The notes under the pieces were generated by a model. The model saw only the letters and a program-made list of their open reading frames with translations, was not told where the DNA came from and searched no databases. Positions 1 to 13,330 of a DNA stretch of 64,000 bases are shown piece by piece. The DNA comes from Octopus vulgaris. Lineage: Eukaryota. The position numbers and the translations under genes are program-made. The stretch lies in NCBI GenBank assembly GCA_951406725.2, contig OX597837.1, positions 4,464,001-4,528,000 of the forward strand, read 5' to 3'. Every line of letters starts with the position of its first letter. The stretch's first letter is position 1.

Positions 1-1474
<1,474 letters not shown>

Positions 1475-1476
1475 AG

Positions 1477-1529
<53 letters not shown>

Positions 1530-1656
1530 TACTTTTCTGCATACACACATACAGACACACATACATACACATTCAATTACAAACACACAAACATCCTTTC
1601 CGATGTATATCATTACTTAGTCTTGGTTACTGAATTCACTCGTATTATCCATTTTC

Positions 1657-1720
<64 letters not shown>

Positions 1721-1771
1721 ACACACACACAAATACATATATATATGCATGCATTTATATGTATACATATA

Positions 1772-1840
<69 letters not shown>

Positions 1841-2325
1841 TTGTGTATACGTTTGTGCATGCATAGGTATATCAATTAATTACATAATATGCATACATAT
1901 ATATATATATATGGGTATACATACATTCATATGTGCCTGTGTGTGAGTGTGTACATATGTATATGTAAATAGCATTTGGGTCCACGTCTAGTCACATTAT
2001 TCTTCCCATCGGTTAGATTTAATAGAAAAGTAATTAATATTCCAAGCTGGTAGCTGAGATTAAATAGTGGACATTATGTATCGCGTTACGTATTTATTGT
2101 CTCGAAGCAGTCCCGCCGATTCCGCCTTTAACGAAGTCAGCTTCAAGCTATTCTAGTGCTAGGCTTTAATATATATTCCTCGAAAAACAAGTCTGAATCA
2201 CTTACAGAAATGTCTATTCATTGTGTATGCGTATTCACACTCGCAACCAAAACGCCAACATAAATGCGTATATGTGTGTTGTATGTACGTATGGACGTAT
2301 ACACACACACACACATATATATATA

Positions 2326-2374
<49 letters not shown>

Positions 2375-2409
2375 ATGTATATATATACATATATACATAT
2401 ATATATATG

Positions 2410-2462
<53 letters not shown>

Positions 2463-2606
2463 ATGTATTTATATACATACATGCTACCTACTTCATAAAA
2501 TCCAATATAGATTTTATCCTCGATTATAATCATATAATATTTATATACACGTATGCATATACTTAAAAAATGTGTACATTTATCTACATATATGTATATA
2601 TATATA

Positions 2607-2664
<58 letters not shown>

Positions 2665-2995
2665 AGTATGCATATACTTACAAATATGTGTACATTTATC
2701 TACACACACACACATATATAATAATACTAAACGGCAAAACGAATTTGTGTAGCAGCGCGTCATAGTGTGACCCCGCTCTCTCATTGTTCAACGACACTTC
2801 TACTATTCCTTCTGATGGGGTGAGATTGATCGTAGTCATACATACGTTAGTCGATTGACGGTTATGATAGAGGCGGCGGCGACGCTGTTGATAGTGGTGG
2901 GGTGGTAGCGGAGGTAGTCAGGGATGATGGTGATAGTAAGTGATGTGACCTGATGAAGCAGAATCTACTTAGTTAATAGTTGTCTAGGTAGTTAC

Positions 2996-3205
2996 GGTCA
3001 TAGCTGGCAGAATCGTTAGCAGGCTAGGTAAAATACTTATCGCCATTTCGTCCGTCTTTATATGATGACTTCAAAATCCACTAAGGTGAAATTTACCTTT
3101 CACACTTTCGGTGTTGATAAAATAAGTACCAGTTGAGTACTAGGGTCGATGTAATCGACTTTTGCCTTACTCTTATCGTGCTGTCTTTGTGATAAAATTT
3201 GAAAC
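2996..3205 (+). mobile_element. Degenerate SINE family B copy
   Basis: Diverged match to the 6363 copy (TTTACCTTTCA...GATAAAATAAGTACCAGTT...GGGTCGATGTAATCGACT). Confidence 0.75.
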
Positions 3206-3242
3206 TAACAGTCTTTCCCTTATACAATTATTATTCAACCAA

Positions 3243-3606
3243 TAATTATTACGGAGATATACTTGCATAGCAAGCGACCTGATCTGAGACCTTGAGCTGA
3301 AACAAAAAAAGCGTGGAAGGTGTTTATAAACCATATAAAACACACGAAAACCGTTAGATTCACTTCAAAGTTTATATTTGATTTGCCAAAATATTTTCGT
3401 CGCTTTGAGACCGTGACCTGTTCACTGACAAAATTCCAGAATTTTAGCACAAAGGCAAAATTCCGGATTTTTGTCAGTGATCAGGTCACGGTCTCAAAGC
3501 GACGAAAATATTTTGGCAAATCAAATTTAAACGTTGAATTGAATCTAACAGTTTTTTTTTGTGTGTTTTTAAATGGCTTATAAACACCTTGCACGCTGCA
3601 ATTGTT
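3243..3606. mobile_element. Fold-back non-autonomous element, family F1
   Basis: Arms ~3311-3436 and ~3463-3597 are inverted; second copy in opposite orientation at 59103-59433. Confidence 0.85.
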
Positions 3607-4215
3607 AATATTTATTACATTTTCTATACAATCAACTTTTATTTTTGTATTTGTTTTCCAAGACTTTTGATATGAACTCGTGTATCGTATTAGCGTGATG
3701 ACCCTACCAGGATACAGCAATCATCTTTTCCATTTCATTAAAGCAACAAAATAATTCTAGTACAGAGAGAGACAAGAGAGTAACGCCGATGGTAGGAGAG
3801 CTTTGGAAGGGGAAAAGAGGAAGTGAAGTGTAGTATCGGAAAGAAACACGGGGCGCTAAGCTACGAGAAGTTATGGAAAGTTAATATAGACATGAGTCAG
3901 GAGGAATGACAGGACGAATGAACAGGTAAAAAAAAGTGACAGTTGAGATATTAGCAATTATCTAAAACTGAAAAATGACAAACTTGAAAGAATGATGAAA
4001 AAAGTGAAAACATTTTAAAAGAAATGGATAAGTGATGAAAGCAGTGTAAAACGGCGAGGTTTTAATAGATTACATGAATTGTGAGGTGACCCTTAAGCCA
4101 AGAAACCATTTCAATCATAACACTAATTTTATTCTTAGTCCAGTTTTTTGTAACTGTCACTTTCTCTGACACTCCAAACGTGAAGTATGTCTCTGTCTTT
4201 CTCTTTTCTCTGTCT

Positions 4216-4406
4216 TATTTCTTTACTACCCACCAGGGGCTACACACAGAGAGGACAAACAACGACAGACAAACGGATTGAGTCGATTATATCGACCCCA
4301 GTGCGTAACTGGTATTTATTTAATCGACCCCGAAAGGATGAAAGACAAAGTCGACCTCGGCGGAATTTGAACTCAGAACGTAACGGCAGAAGAAATACCG
4401 CTAAAT
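4216..4406 (-). mobile_element. SINE family B, 5'-truncated
   Basis: Reverse complement of the family B body and tail. Confidence 0.85.
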
Positions 4407-4433
4407 AGTTTAGTAACAACTAGTATTTGAAAG

Positions 4434-4516
<83 letters not shown>

Positions 4517-4533
4517 ATATATATATATATATT

Positions 4534-4927
4534 AGGATTGGAAGTGTGGTAAGTAGCTTGTTTACCAACCACATGGTTCCAGGTTCAGTCCCACTGCGTG
4601 GCACCTTGGGCAAGGGTCTTCTACTATAGCTCGGGCTGACCAAAGCCTTGTGAGTGGATTTGGTAGACGGAAACTGAAAGAAGCCCGTCGTATATATGTA
4701 TCTATATGTGTATATGTTTGTGTGTCTGTGTTTGTCCCCCCAACATAGCTTGACAACCGATGCTGGTATGTTTACGTCCCCGTAACTTAGCGGTTCGGCA
4801 AAAGAGACCGATAGAATAAGTACTAGGCTTCCAAAGAATAAGTCCTGGGGTCTATTTGCTCGACTAGAGGTGGTGCCCCCCGCATGGCCGCAGTCACATG
4901 ACTGAAACAAGTAAAAGAGTAAAGAGA
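4534..4927 (+). mobile_element. SINE family A (tRNA-like head, CORE-like CCTTGGGCAAG motif, internal TA/TG microsatellite, GTAAAAGA tail)
   Basis: Box B-like GGTTCAGTCCC; near-identical to many other copies in the window. Confidence 0.9.
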
Positions 4928-5162
4928 TATATTGGTCTTACTAACATATTAAATGAGTTCCCTTGATCCACTGGCGCCTATGAGCTTTTCTATCTAGTTG
5001 TTTCATTTTCTAATTCGTTTACTCATAACTTACTTCAAATTGCAGTCTTTCGAAGTTTAGTCGACAAGACAATGAGAAAAGAGTAAAGCTTAAAACTTTC
5101 TCTACAAACCAAACAGGTTATTGACCAGAGTATTGCCGTTTCATCTATACACCTTCCTACTC

Positions 5163-5209
<47 letters not shown>

Positions 5210-5688
5210 ACACACACACAGACACACGCACGCTTATATATGCAGTAACAGAGACTTAATAGAGCCACTGCCTTTCTTTCTGCGTAACTGCAACTCATTT
5301 TATCGCGAGAATACTTAGAAGTGCATTTGTTGGCTTGAAGTACTTAGTGTCTGATACAAGCGTATTATGATGTAAGATAAACAGAATTCTATTTACATTC
5401 GACTAAAACATATGTTTTCCGTAATTATGTAATAATGTTATACCTTAGATTTGAGCAAACACTAATAACCAGGTAGTATGAGAGGGTGTATGTAATTATA
5501 TGAAGGTACGTTTGTATGCACATCCCTATATCTATGCAAACACACGCTCATATATGAAAATATGAACGTCTCTGTCTGTGTGAATGACTGTATGTGTGTG
5601 TGTCTCTATGCATTTACGTATACGCCTTTGAGCAGAGTGTGTGTGGATGTGAATGTCGGCGTATATATCTATATACATACACACACGC

Positions 5689-5745
<57 letters not shown>

Positions 5746-5810
5746 GGTAGATAGATATATGTAAACATATATATATATATACATATATATATAAGTTAAT
5801 GACCTCTGGG

Positions 5811-5841
<31 letters not shown>

Positions 5842-6074
5842 GATAGTGTATTTTATTGTTAACAATTAACACGGATAAATGAATGAATAGTTACCAGGGC
5901 AAATATATATATATAAGCGTATGTATGTATATATGTATACATATACATGCACACACACATATATATATATATATACATATATATATATGTTAATGTCCTC
6001 TAGGCGATATTTCTTTATACAACCATAATATACTATATAGTACATTAAACGTTTTTATAACTAACCATCGGGCT

Positions 6075-6245
6075 CTACTGCGTTGGCAGTGTGCTTTACA
6101 TCACTTGATATTCTATAGAAATCTTTCTGATATTACATATATATTACATATCATATATGTAATTTAAATTACATAATTGCTATAGAATATCTGTATTTAT
6201 AACGTTAATAAGTGATATAAGGCGCACTGATAACACAGGTGAAGA
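6075..6245. repeat. Decayed hairpin / MITE-like inverted repeat
   Basis: CAGTGTGCTTTACATCACTT (6088) vs AAGTGATATAAGGCGCACTG (6210); GATATTCTATAG vs CTATAGAATATC. Confidence 0.6.
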
Positions 6246-6362
6246 AGGTATTTTGTTTCTACCAAAGAAAAAATTACTGGGCAGGGAGCGATCTATTCGG
6301 CTAAATCCTTCAACCTGGTGTCCTAGCATGGCCGCGGTGCTATGGCTGCAACAAATGGAAAA

Positions 6363-6776
6363 GGCGGAGAGCTGGCAGAAAAGTTAGCGCGCCGGGCGAA
6401 ATGCTTAGCGGTATTTCATCTGTTGTTACGTTGTGAGTTCAAATTCCGCCGAGGTCGACTTTACCTTTCATCCTTTCGGGGTCGATAAATTAAGTACCAG
6501 TTACGCACTGGGGTCGATGTAATCGACTTAATACCTATGTCTGTCCTTGTTTGTCCCCTCTGTGTTTAGCCCCTTGTGAGTAATAAACAAATAAGTATTT
6601 CATCTGTTGTTACGTTCTGAGTTCAAATTCCGCCGAGGTCGACTTTACCTTTCATCCTTTCGGGGTCGATAAATTAAGTACCAGTTACGCACTGGGGTCA
6701 ATATAATCGACTTAATCCGTTTGTCTGTCCTTGTTTGTCCTCTCTGTGTTTAGCCCCTTGTGGGTAGTAAAGAAAT
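6363..6776 (+). mobile_element. SINE family B with tandemly duplicated body
   Basis: Box A-like TGGCAGAAAAGTTAG and box B GAGTTCAAATTC. The central CCTTTCATCCTTTCGGGGTCGATAAATTAAGTACCAG resembles Deu/Nin-type SINE domains (from memory). Body repeated at ~6410 and ~6596. Confidence 0.9.
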
Positions 6777-7247
6777 CGCAACGAATGGAAAAGAAAAGAT
6801 GAAAGATATAAGGGGAGGCACAGGTCGAGTTTTTTCTAATAATTCCAACGCACCTTTTCAATTTCAACAAGACTCATTCTAATGTTTACATAAGTTTTCT
6901 GAAAATCCTTTTATCGATTAAATAACGATAACTTATAAATTAACTGAGCGAATTTCACCTCAACATAAACAACCCACAACTACTACCACTACAGCGGCAA
7001 AAGTATCACCTTTAACCAGCTTCACCCGACTCTTCATTCATCTTTTTTTCTTTCCATTCACGTAATAATTTCTCTCAGCTATTCTAGCAACGTTTTATTG
7101 TAGACGTTGACCTATAAATTTTAAAAACTGAACATCAAAAACATTGATTTATACTGTCTGGCACAGTGTGTGAGAGATAAAACTATAGGTTCTTTGAAAA
7201 TAACACATGTTCACATTACAATACAGACACATCGTGTGATCTCACGT

Positions 7248-7805
7248 GTATTTATGTATGTATATATATGTAAGTATATATGTATGTATGTATTTATATA
7301 TATATTTATGTATTTATGGAATGTATGTATGTGTTTATGAATGTATGTATGCATTTATATATATATATATATTTATGTATGTATATATTTATGTATGTAT
7401 GTAATTATGTATGTATATATATATATTTATGTATTTATGGAATGTATGTATGTGTTTATGAATATATGTATGCATTTATATATATATATATATTTATGTA
7501 TGTATATATTTATGTATGTATGTAATTATGTATATATATATATATATGTATGTAACTATCTATGTATTTATTTATGTATGTGTTTATATATGTATATGTA
7601 TATGTATATATTATGTATGTATGTATGTGTGTATTTATCTATGTATGTATTTATGTGTGTATGTATGTATTTGTGTATGCATTTATGTATGTATTTATGT
7701 ATGTGTTTATGTATGTATGTATTTTGTATGTATGCATTTGTGTATGTATATATTTATGTATGCATATATTTACGTATACATGTATTTATATATGTATATA
7801 CATGT
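7248..7805. repeat. Degenerate (TATG)n tract containing a 121-bp tandem duplication
   Basis: GGAATGTATGTATGTGTTTATGAA at 7318 and 7439. Confidence 0.85.
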
Positions 7806-8855
7806 AATTAAGAAAGATGATAATAATGTGCGCTTTGTATGGACGAGACGTATTTATGAAATATAGTTTGTAATTTTAATCCAAATTTTTTTCACATTTC
7901 TCAACTTTTAGATACAGCAGTAAATTTTTTAAAATTAGCTAAAACCAGATAAAAACAAAAATATTTCTTTAGATGTTCTACAGTAATCTTTAATTCTGAA
8001 TCTTACAAGCATTCTTACGTCTGCAACTGGTTAAAAGATGTAACGCGAAAAAATATCTTTAAAACTTAATTTTTTTCTTTCTTTCATGTATAAGTTGCTA
8101 AACTGCGGCCATGCTGGGGCACCACCTTGAAGGAATTTTAGTCGAACGAATCGAGGCTAGTATGTTTATTGTTTTAAGCCTGATATGCAGCTGTGCCACA
8201 GCACATCGGCAAATAAATTTTACAAAATTTGCAGGTCTCAGAGTGAAGATTCCTTTCGTTTCGAGATGTGCGTTGTATACGATGCTGATGAGCTAAAACG
8301 ATCGCGAAATATCAATGCTTATCCTTCACGTTTACCTTGAAGGCGAGTTGTCTTGATTAGTCTGAGGTACTTAATATTCTTTAACACTCGGCGTGGCATG
8401 GGGATTTTTTTCCAAGAATTCTATCCTGCAGCGTATTAGATTTTAAACACAATAAGTACAATATGTATGTCCGACCGATAATATTTATATCTATATGTAG
8501 TTTTACTCATGAGGGTGTATGCAATTATTTATATCTGTTGGAGTTTCTTCTAAAAAATTATTGTTTGTGATAATTCATTTGAAAAGTATACTTCGTAAGG
8601 CACGTAAATTTCGGTTATGCTTGTAACAGATGATTGCCGTATTCGAAACGAAGTATAGATAAGCTTAGATAAAACATTGCTTCAGACAATGTGGAACCCA
8701 TCACAATTTTATACATAATATCGTTCGCCTGGATGGTTTCAGTATATATTATGTACCACAACGATGTTAATAATCGACATTTTTGCCAATTTGTGAACAA
8801 TATCCTGCGCAAGCAACATGAACACATTTCATTTGTGATATTTACAGGCAAGCAT

Positions 8856-8999
<144 letters not shown>

Positions 9000-9059
9000 T
9001 CATAAGCAGAGACACGCTCACGTATGTTTGAATGCATATTTATACCTATGGCTATAGCC

Positions 9060-9106
<47 letters not shown>

Positions 9107-9154
9107 TATATCTATGTATATATATATCTATGTATATATATACATATATATATC

Positions 9155-9244
<90 letters not shown>

Positions 9245-9261
9245 TATATATGTATATATAT

Positions 9262-9345
<84 letters not shown>

Positions 9346-9664
9346 CTGTGTATGTCTGTATGTGGGGGTGCATGAGTATATCTGTATACGTATATATATA
9401 AATATGTGGAAGTAAGAAAATGAATACATATGTGTGTTTGTGCTGATGTCCATGTGTGTTTTGAATCTGTTATTCTTCCATTTTTTTTCCTATCGATATT
9501 TCCTTCCTCCACAAATTTTCAGTTTTATACCTGACGGCATCCAATATACCAATTCTAGAGGAAATGTTGGCATTATACATAAGTGTCTCAATACCCTTCA
9601 TACGTTTAGAACACGCTGAAACTGAAACATAGACACGTACATAGACACGTACACACAATGGTAT

Positions 9665-9703
<39 letters not shown>

Positions 9704-9789
9704 CACGAACATGTAAATATATATACACATGTATTAGAACATATATTTATATCCCAACATACATAATCTCTATATCTACATATTGATCA

Positions 9790-9834
<45 letters not shown>

Positions 9835-9883
9835 TCACACTTCTCTCTCTTTCTCTACAAACACACACGTGTATATATACAAA

Positions 9884-9921
<38 letters not shown>

Positions 9922-10121
9922 GTTGTGTATATACATATATATCTTCAAGCTTATCTATATATATGATACATATAGAATGGCCCTATGTATACATTACATA
10001 TGTATGTATTGCACAATAATAATACATCATATATATATATATATACATGTATATATATATATATATATATTTACATATATGTATTTATATATATATGTAT
10101 GTATATATATATGTATGTATG

Positions 10122-10184
<63 letters not shown>

Positions 10185-10768
10185 GGTTTTTATTTTTTGT
10201 AGTAATATGTACATAATTTACCGAAAAACCTAAAACCTATTTAATATTGTGAATCCGAATGGAAGAACATCTTAAGTTTCATAAATTTTCGTCATAAGAT
10301 GTCATGTGACAATCAGCGCTTATTTCATTTATATTTATTGCTAAGTGCTCTCTTACTATTCCAAGCTGAATATCCACGTTTTGGAAACTGGAAGGACCAT
10401 CCTATGAAACAAAATTTTTTAAAAAACCTCAAAGTAAAATATAGATAAGTATTCAAATTATTGATTTTTGAAATAAAATACGTAAAATTACGTTTAAAAG
10501 TATAGATATCGTACTTTATGTGTTATATAAAATACAAGCATTAAATTTTAGAACTCTAGTGTATATGTCAAACATTACTGTATGCATATCAGGTTGCTGC
10601 ATCCATAAGGGAATTGAGTTTGGATAGAGTTATAATTGATTAAGAGAAATGTTTAAAGCGAAATATTTTGAAGTGTAGAAAACGAAGGTCTGAACGCTAT
10701 TTCAAAATTTCGTTTCTGATTGAAATTTTAGGGCGTCAGATCAACTGTTATGCGGCAGCTTTTCCAGC

Positions 10769-11144
10769 TCTCTTTACTCTTTTACTCTTTTACTTGTTTC
10801 AGTCATTTGACTGTGGCCATGCTGGAGCACCGCCTTTAGTCGTGCAAATCGACTCCAGGAATTATTTTTTGTAAGCCAAGTAATTATTCTATAGGTCTCT
10901 TTTGCCGAACCGCTAAGTTACGGGGAAGGAAACACACCATCATCGGTTGTCAATCGATGTTGGGGGACAAACACAAGCACACAAACACATACACACTCAT
11001 ACATATATATACATATATACGATGGGCTTCATTCAGTTTCCGTCTACTAAATCCACTGACAAGGCTTTGGTCGGCCTGAGGCGAAAGTAGAAGACACTTG
11101 CCCAAGGTGGTTGGTAAGCAAGCTACTTACCACACAGCCACTCC
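10769..11144 (-). mobile_element. SINE family A with internal deletion in the head
   Basis: CTCTTTTA tail repeats at left; CACACAGCCACTCC at right. Confidence 0.9.
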
Positions 11145-11808
11145 GGGGACGAAAATTGCTGGTATTGTGCCCGAATTGGAATTCATAATTATATTCGTTG
11201 TTATATTCTACGCCTTAAGAAAAAACATCGTCGACCATAAAATTATTACGCAATTAATATGTGATTAATTAGTTTCAATGAGAAGAATAGAGTGTTACAT
11301 GGTAAAATTATTTCATTTATAGCTTCAGGTGAAATAATCCGTTTATCTCATTCAAATTAATTGATTCAATTAATTACATATTTAATTAATTTATTTGTTA
11401 GGTATTAATTACGTAAAAATGATTTGGTTGATGGTGGTTGCACAGAGGCCTTGAAAATTAGTTGTAGGAGGAGGTATGGAGTTAGGGGAGGAAGCAATGA
11501 CTGTATCCTTCGAGTGATGCCGCTTCGCTGGCTTGGGAGGCAGAACGGAGCGTTAGGCCACCACAGGCTGATCAATTTGTAGCTGCCAGGATTGGAGCAA
11601 AGGGAGATGTAATATTTTGCTCAAGAATACAACGCGGTCTGCGATCGAAAGAGCGAGCTTGTATTCGTGAGTAGCTCGCTATAGTCACTGGGTCACAAAC
11701 AGTAAATATAGTTATTTTAAACACAAAATCTTCGGAGGGAAAACGAAATGTGATGCGAAAATAAATTTGTTTTATATCATCCCGATATATACATACAGAC
11801 ACACACAT

Positions 11809-11841
<33 letters not shown>

Positions 11842-12190
11842 CATTCAAACACATACATACAGACACGCACATATTACAGCAGATTTAAGGGAAACAAACC
11901 TATCAACTAATTTATAGTAGGTATCGTATACCTACTTTTTGTTCTAGTGACAACCTGAATTCCCTTTATGTATTCTAAATTCTTCCTTTTTTCTGCAACT
12001 AACTTAAATCCCTTTTACAGTATTCTATCACCTCCCCTTACCCAAATTCCTACAACTAAAAAAATTCTGATGGCTCTCAGTTGCAAGTAGGGTTTTGGTC
12101 AGTTAGTACTTGACCTAAAACCTCATATGAATTTAATAATTTTTCTACACTGACCTAATTTTCTTGTCACCATATTTTCTTGTCACCATA

Positions 12191-12343
12191 GGCGCAGGAG
12201 TGGCTGTGTGCTAACCAACCACATGGTTCCGGGTTCAGTCCCACTGCAAGGCATCTTGGACAAGTGTCTTCTGCTATAGCCCCAGGCCGACCAAAGCCTT
12301 GTGAGTGGATTTGGTAGACAGAAACTGAAAGAAGCCTGTCGTA

Positions 12344-12416
<73 letters not shown>

Positions 12417-12628
12417 TTGTGTGTCTGTGTTTGTCCCCCTAGCATTGCTTGACAACCGATGATGGTGTGTTTACGTCCCCGTTACTTAGCGGTTCGGCAA
12501 AAAGAGACCGATAGAATAAGTACTGGGCTTACAAAAAGAATAAGTCCTGGAGTCGATTTGCTCGACTAAAGACGGTGCTCCAGCATGGCCGCAGTCAAAT
12601 GACTGAAACAAGTAAAAGAGTAAAAGAG
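12191..12628 (+). mobile_element. SINE family A, near full length
   Basis: Starts GGCGCAGGAGTGGCTGTGTG; ends GTAAAAGAGTAAAAGAG. Confidence 0.92.
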
Positions 12629-12923
12629 CATATAGATAAATTGACCTTTTGTTCTTGTGACAACCTGTTCTTCTTTTACTTATCCTGAATTTTCCTCCCC
12701 TTTTCTACAACCAACTTGATTTCTTTACCTGCCCTTACCCCTTATAAGTAAAGAAATTTTCTTATAGCAGTCTTATAAACAAGGTTTTGGTGAGTTAGCA
12801 TCTGAACCACACGACCTCATGTTCCTAAGATTCATATCTACATATTTATCTGTATATTTACCTTCCCTAAGATGTTATTAATTGATTTGAAAACTTTTAT
12901 ATTATTGGAAAACCTATATAAAA

Positions 12924-13006
12924 TTAGCTGAGGATTACTCAGCATCTTAAATCTGCTGTAATATTTACAGCTTTTTATAAAATGTAGTATGAAACAATTG
13001 TACTAA
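12924..13006 (+). ncRNA. Minimal type-I hammerhead ribozyme motif (PLE type)
   Basis: Stem I TTAG/CTAA; core CTGAGGA; stem II TACT/AGTA with long insert; GAA; palindromic stem III ACAATTGT; GUA site. Confidence 0.7.
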
Positions 13007-13095
13007 ATTACCGGATCCATTCTTGTTGCTTATTTCTTGATTATATATATATATGCATACATATATATCTATATCTATCTATCTGTCTATCTATC

Positions 13096-13166
<71 letters not shown>

Positions 13167-13330
13167 TCATCATCATCATCATTTAGCGTCCGTTTTCCAT
13201 GCTAGCATGGGTTGGACGGTTCAACTGGGGTCTGGGAGCCCGAAGGCTGCACCAGGCCAGTCAGATCTGGCAGTGTTTCTACAGCTAGATGCCCTTCCTA
13301 ACGCCAACCACTCCGAGAGTGTAGTGGGTG

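Noticed and set aside
8280-8318. CTGATGAG...CGAAATATC
   Set aside because: Stem II is only 2 bp and stem I does not pair.
11410-11780. GC-richer unique segment as a possible exon
   Set aside because: No recognisable protein motif or convincing splice pair.
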